A program made the position numbers and the translations under genes. A DNA stretch of 64,000 bases from Eledone cirrhosa (lineage: Eukaryota). The DNA is taken from assembly GCA_964016885.1 (NCBI GenBank), contig OZ024741.1, positions 139,562,001 through 139,626,000 on the forward strand, given 5' to 3'. Positions within the stretch are counted from its first letter, which is position 1; every line of letters begins with the position of its first letter. The notes under the pieces are model-generated. The model did not search any database. It was not told where the DNA came from and saw only the letters and a program-made list of their open reading frames with translations. Of this stretch, positions 58,703 to 64,000 are shown in pieces.

Positions 58703-59316
58703 GATTATTCTTATTTTTTTATTGGTGTTGTTATTTTTTATTGGTGTGTTTGCAGAATCTTTAAATTGTTAGAAAAGTATTTAAACCTGTTTGTAACGGT
58801 AAAACACTAATTTAGTATCAGTCAAGTACTGAGATTATTATAATATTATGAAAGAAATTTCGCTTTCCTCGAAAATGGTTGGCCTTGTGCCTAAATTAGA
58901 AACAAGTGTTATTGTTGTTTCTGTTCTATGTATTAGATGGATTAAACATAGCAATAGTAGCAGCAGCACCACATTGCACTTTCTTTGATTTAGTAAGAAC
59001 AAAGCAAATCTATATGGCTTTATTGTTATGTAAACTGTGTGTGTAATATTGCTTAACCAACATGAGGGTGACTTAAACTCGACCAGTACTATTCCAAGTA
59101 TCACCAACACCGCCAGTAAATATCTCACTCGCATTACCACTACCATTAAAAATATCAATAACGCAATCACTATCGGTACCGAAAGACTTCAGCCGATAAT
59201 TATTCAATAACGCTGAGACATCAATATATTCATAAGAACTAGCGTCTTCAACAAATTACCTTCCGGGTGCCCCCCCCCGCCCCCCCCCCATATATATATA
59301 TATATATATTATATAA

Positions 59317-59348
<32 letters not shown>

Positions 59349-59433
59349 GTGTGTGTCTATGTATATATATATATGTATGTATTTTTATATGTATATACGT
59401 CTATCTCTCGCGCTCTCTCTCTCTCTCTCTCTC

Positions 59434-59464
<31 letters not shown>

Positions 59465-60021
59465 TCATGGGTATGATTATATAAATATGTATATATATAT
59501 ACACGTGTGTGTCTGTCTGTGCGTGCATGCGTAACATAATGTGATACTAAAACATCAACATTTTCCTGAAAGCTTTATTAATATTTGTTTCAGTTATTGT
59601 TTTATTTTTTTTTGGTTGCATTATAACTGTCAAAGAAGGTGAAGAAATATTGAGACAAACAACTTATGCATATCTAATTGGACATGGTAATTAACGGAAT
59701 AATGCCGTGGGCAGCCATTTTAGGAGGCGTGTAATAATGTCATACATTATAACAGAAATAGTATTAGTAGCAGCAATATGTAGCAGACACTTTCAAACAA
59801 TAGTGCCACATATAGTAACAATAATAGCAAGTGCCTTCACGATAAGAACAGTCACTTTGTAAAACACAAATATTGGAAATCATTTTATCTGGGACATCTT
59901 GAAATAATGTGACTTGCTCAACTGTTCAACATACCGGCTAGTTGCCGCATGAAAATCACAAATTTACGGTCGTAATGTGAAGACCTCCCTAAACTCTAAT
60001 AGACGTATCTCCCTAGTGATT

Positions 60022-60038
60022 TAACTACTACTACTACG

Positions 60039-60087
<49 letters not shown>

Positions 60088-60110
60088 ATAATAATAATAA
60101 TAATAATAAT
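60022..60110. repeat. (CTA)n followed by (ATA)n; the latter is the LINE 3' tail
   Basis: Direct trinucleotide runs. Confidence 0.95.
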
Positions 60111-63100
60111 GATTTCTTTATTAACCACAAGGGTTTACATAAAGTAGACATTAAGGACAGTGCAGGACAATGCAGGACGGTACAAATGGGCATTTCTGCG
60201 TGTAAAAAACAAAAACAGAGGAGGTAACAAAAAATAACAATGAAAAATTCCCCAATAGGGGGCAGACTTCGGAGGGACATTTGTGGAGAAAGCCCAGTAA
60301 AAAGCCACAATGACACTGACCACCAAGGCAAGTGCCCTCTCCCAGTTTTCCACCTTTAATTTACAGATATATACTCAGAGTAGGCCCATTCACTCGGGCC
60401 ATTCTTGCTTCTCTCACCCATCTTTCAACAAAATGCTGGGAAGAGAGCACTTCCCTCTCTACTCTGATTTTCCTTTTCAAATGAAATTTGAAAAAGTCAA
60501 TCAGAGCATCACCGAAGAGGTAAGTGCTCGTCTTCAGCCCTTTCAAACGTGTCCACCATACTCTCTCTTTCACCATGGCCACCAGGCAGATAAAAACTGC
60601 CTGCCCTTCCCGGCTAAAGGAGGAGGGTGGAGCAATCCTCACGATGGACTCAGATGATAGCCGGATCCGTCCTAAACGCGACAGCAGGTGTTCGACATAA
60701 ACCCACAAGTCAGCAATTTTCGGACACTGGACGAGTGCGTGCAGGACGGTTTCGTCGCCCTGCGCGCATCTCGGACATGCTCGGCTGACGGCACCTCCAT
60801 GCCTGTAGAGTTTATCCCGAACTGGCAAGGCTCCTCGGTAGCACTGCCAGGCCAGAGATTTCTGGAAGTTGTCCATAGGCCCTGGCCGGAAAGTTCTTCC
60901 GAAGAGATTGGCTAGTTGATTTTCGTCGACGCCTAGAGTTTCCCCAAGTACGTCGTCGCTCTTCCCCTCCACTAATCCTCTATAGAACGCCGAGGCGGAG
61001 TTTCCACCGATCACATTGCCCGATTGGTCGAGGGCTGTGAGCGCCTGAAGACATTCCAGTCTCCAGGCGCTCCCTCTCGGTCTTCGCTTGACCCAGGACT
61101 GCAGCTCCGTCAAGGAAACGAGCTGGGGAAAAACGCGTCTAGCAAACGGCGACCACACCTGATCACCGTCGAGGAAGAGGTGGAGATGTCGTAGCCTGAG
61201 CGCGTGCCTGCGCATCATCAGCCACGGCATGCCCAGCCCTCCACGTAGCGGGTGTTGACAACAGATGGACCGCCTGCCCATCGGAGCACGTCCTTTCCAC
61301 AAAAAGCGAAAGAGCAAACGCTCCAGCGCAGTCAGGCGAGGCTTAGGACAAGGTACGACGGTTAGGCGGTAGCAGATGACAGACGCGATGTACGCGTTAG
61401 CCACCTCCGCTCGACCTTTCAGGGATAGCTTCCTCTCCGCCCATTTCTGGGTGAGAGAAGCCACCCTGCTCGTCACCTCGTCCCAGTTTTTGTCTGTCTG
61501 GAGGTCCGGACCGAACCAGACCCCTACCAATTTAACCGTTCCGTCCGTCCAGCGCCCGACGACGCTGTTGGACGGCATGGACCTGCCTCTCCAGGTGCCG
61601 AGCTGCAGGCCCACCGACTTTTCCTGGTTGATCATTGCTCCTGTCACCGCTTCGTATTCTCTTAGTGTAGTGCCGATCGCCTCGATGTGTTTGGCGTTCG
61701 ACACCACTACGGTGACATCGTCCGCATATGCTGACACGGATCTTCCGCATCCTAGTTCGCACGGGACTCCCCTCAACGTCTCCAGTTTGTGCAGTAATGG
61801 CTCGAGAGTCAATACGTACAAGAGGGACGAGAGGGGACATCCTTGGCGGACCGAGCGCATGATGTTGAACGGTTCCGACAGGTGACCGTTCACTCTCACC
61901 ACAGAGCAGATGTCGCTGTGCATGGCAGCGATCCAGCCTCTGAAGACGGGCCCAAAGCCAGCCGCCCTCAGGACTGCCGCTAGGTAACGATGGTCGACCC
62001 TATCGAAAGCTTTCGACTGATCTAAATTGATCAAGGACCCACCCGTGCCAGGTTCCTTAGCTACCCTCTCTATGATGTATCGCATGAGGTGGAGGTTGTC
62101 GTAGATGGATCTGTCGGGAATGGCGCATGTCTGCGCCTCTCCCACCAGACCACCAACGACAAGCGCTAACCTCTTTGCTAGCACCTTGGCCAAAATCTTG
62201 AACTCTGTGTTTAGCAGAGTTATGGGCCGGAAATTGTCTATGTTATCCCCCTTGTTCGGATCCTTTCTCAGCAGTGCCACCGCTCCTCGGCTCACAGAAC
62301 TGGGAATTCTCCCGTTCTGTTGCCAGTTGCAGTAGACGTCCGCCAAGAGGCCTCCGAATAAGTCTGGCATCTGTACGTAAAGTTCATAGGGCAGACCATC
62401 CAAACCAGGCGATTTACCCCTTGTGCAGCCTGTCATTGCCTCCCTTACTCCAGCGGCTGTTATCGGCTTTTCGCAACACTTCGCCTCAGTGGCCGAGAGC
62501 CGCGGCAGTCCGTCGAGGTAGACACTAAAGTCCATCCCTCGATCCGGCCCGCCACTGCCCCCGAACAGTTGAGCGAAGTGTCGCTGAAAAGCTTCACACA
62601 TTTGCCCGGGATCGAGGAGCATGCGCCCGTCGTGGTCCACCAAAGACCGGATCGTGGCTTTGTTGCCACGACGCGCCTCCGCCACTCGGGCCCATTGAAC
62701 GGCTTTCGTCCCCTCGTGTCTGAGAGCACGCACCCTAGCTCTGACAACGCAGCCTTCGTGCTTTGCATTGACGAATTGGTCAAGGGCCAATTTCGCCGCA
62801 AGCACGTCGGTCGCAATGCCTTTGCTAAGCCCTCGTCTAATTTTCTCACTAGTTCTCCCTCTGCTCTATTTTTCTCTATTGCTAAAGCCTTACTAAACCT
62901 AATCGATTCTATTCTAATCGCTCTTTTCAGAGCAAACCACCACTTGTTGTTGACGATGGCCCCCGTCAACGCCCGCTTAACTAGTTCGCTAATCCGGTCT
63001 CTGTAGGCCTTGCACGCTGGTAAGGACGCGTTTAGCTTCCAGTAGCCGGGTCCTCGTCTATGAAGCCTATCTAAGTCAAGCACACAGGTCACGAATTTGT

Positions 63101-64000
63101 GGTCCGTGTAGCTGACTATCTTGAATTGTGGACAGCCTATGCTAGACCTATCTATTTCCCTACAAAATACTCTATCTAGATATGATCTGGATGACCCTAT
63201 GCGGTTTGTCCAAGTCCACATTGGCACATTCGGGAAATCCAATCGGTACCTGTCAGACAGTTCAAAACGCCTGAGCAGGTTGGTGAGGCTCTTGCACCCT
63301 CCACCCCTATCCGCTAATCCCACACAGTCCCAGCGTGCATCTAAGATCCCGTTCCAGTCGCCCACTAACACTAAAGAGCGGGACGTTCCAAGAAAGGTCT
63401 CCAGACGCCGGAAGAAATCAGGCCGCCCTGCTCCTGTCGGGGCATAGACGGCCACTAGCCTGAAAGCTTGCCAGTCTCCGCTGGTCACGTCCAGCACCAC
63501 CAGCTTACCCTCTGGGTCCAGGAAGATGGCCCGTATGGCGAGATCCAAACCTCTCCGAAAAAGCACAGCAACTCCTCCACCGGATCCAGGACGGCTGGGA
63601 GATGCGTACACATCGTAGCCGCCGAAGATCGGTGCGAAGGCCCGTGCTTCGGAGATTCTGGTCTCGTTGATGGCCACTACATCTATGTTTAGTGACCTGA
63701 GGTCGTTGAGCATGTGACCCTGCTTCCATGACGACCCCAAGCCACGCGCATTTATGCTGCCTATTCTGAGTGAGGTCATGTTTAAAATAGAGTGGAAAAG
63801 ATGGGAAAGACCACTTACCGTACTTTTGGTAGAGGAGGGATGGTTTTTATATCCCTTTTCACTTGATCGTCTGGTGAAGGGACCGTTGAATCGTCCCTTC
63901 GGCTGGTCGTCGGCTCTTCTAAGAGAATGTCTGAGTATACTCTTCGATTGATGGTTCCTCCTAGGTCCCTGAAATCACCAACTGCGTTGGGGAATTTCGT
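60088..64000 (-). mobile_element. Young Tx1-clade LINE, continuing beyond the window end
   Basis: Contains ORF2, a 3' UTR and a (TTA)n tail. Confidence 0.95.
60361..63779 (-). CDS. Tx1-type ORF2 (APE endonuclease - reverse transcriptase - zf-RVT) with one frameshift at ~62815-62825
   Basis: SINARGL, NETR, LVGDWN, SYLDRVF, TDHK; PGLDGLP, LDQSKAFDRVDH, VRQGCPLS, AYADD; CPRC...ETVLHALVQC. The 439-aa and 814-aa ORFs join if one base is restored. Confidence 0.9.

Overview
Eukaryotic, very AT-rich, microsatellite-laden non-coding DNA. It is probably from a coleoid cephalopod, because the recurrent tRNA-derived SINE resembles octopus repeats (recognised by eye, not searched). I found no host gene, and nearly all short ORFs in the track are (TA)n/(TG)n artefacts. 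The coding remnants are all transposons: Penelope-like elements (PLEs, including a Naiad-type RT+GIY-YIG copy), two Tx1/L1-clade LINEs (one with a single frameshift in ORF2), an R4/Dong-type RLE LINE, a CR1-group LINE, RTE 3' ends and Helitron derivatives. The main observation is that the short inserts in the (TA)n tracts carry about 20 type-I hammerhead ribozyme (HHR) motifs from about 12 sequence families, all read by eye. They occur as (a) long inverted pseudo-LTR palindromes, (b) non-coding tandem units with one HHR per unit (retrozyme-like; predicted monomers of about 488 and 553 nt), and (c) small fold-back hairpins whose turning points fall on the ribozyme's own helices. Some families have recurrent non-canonical cores (U3:A8 covariation, U4A). 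Ribozyme activity and transcription are inferred, not shown.
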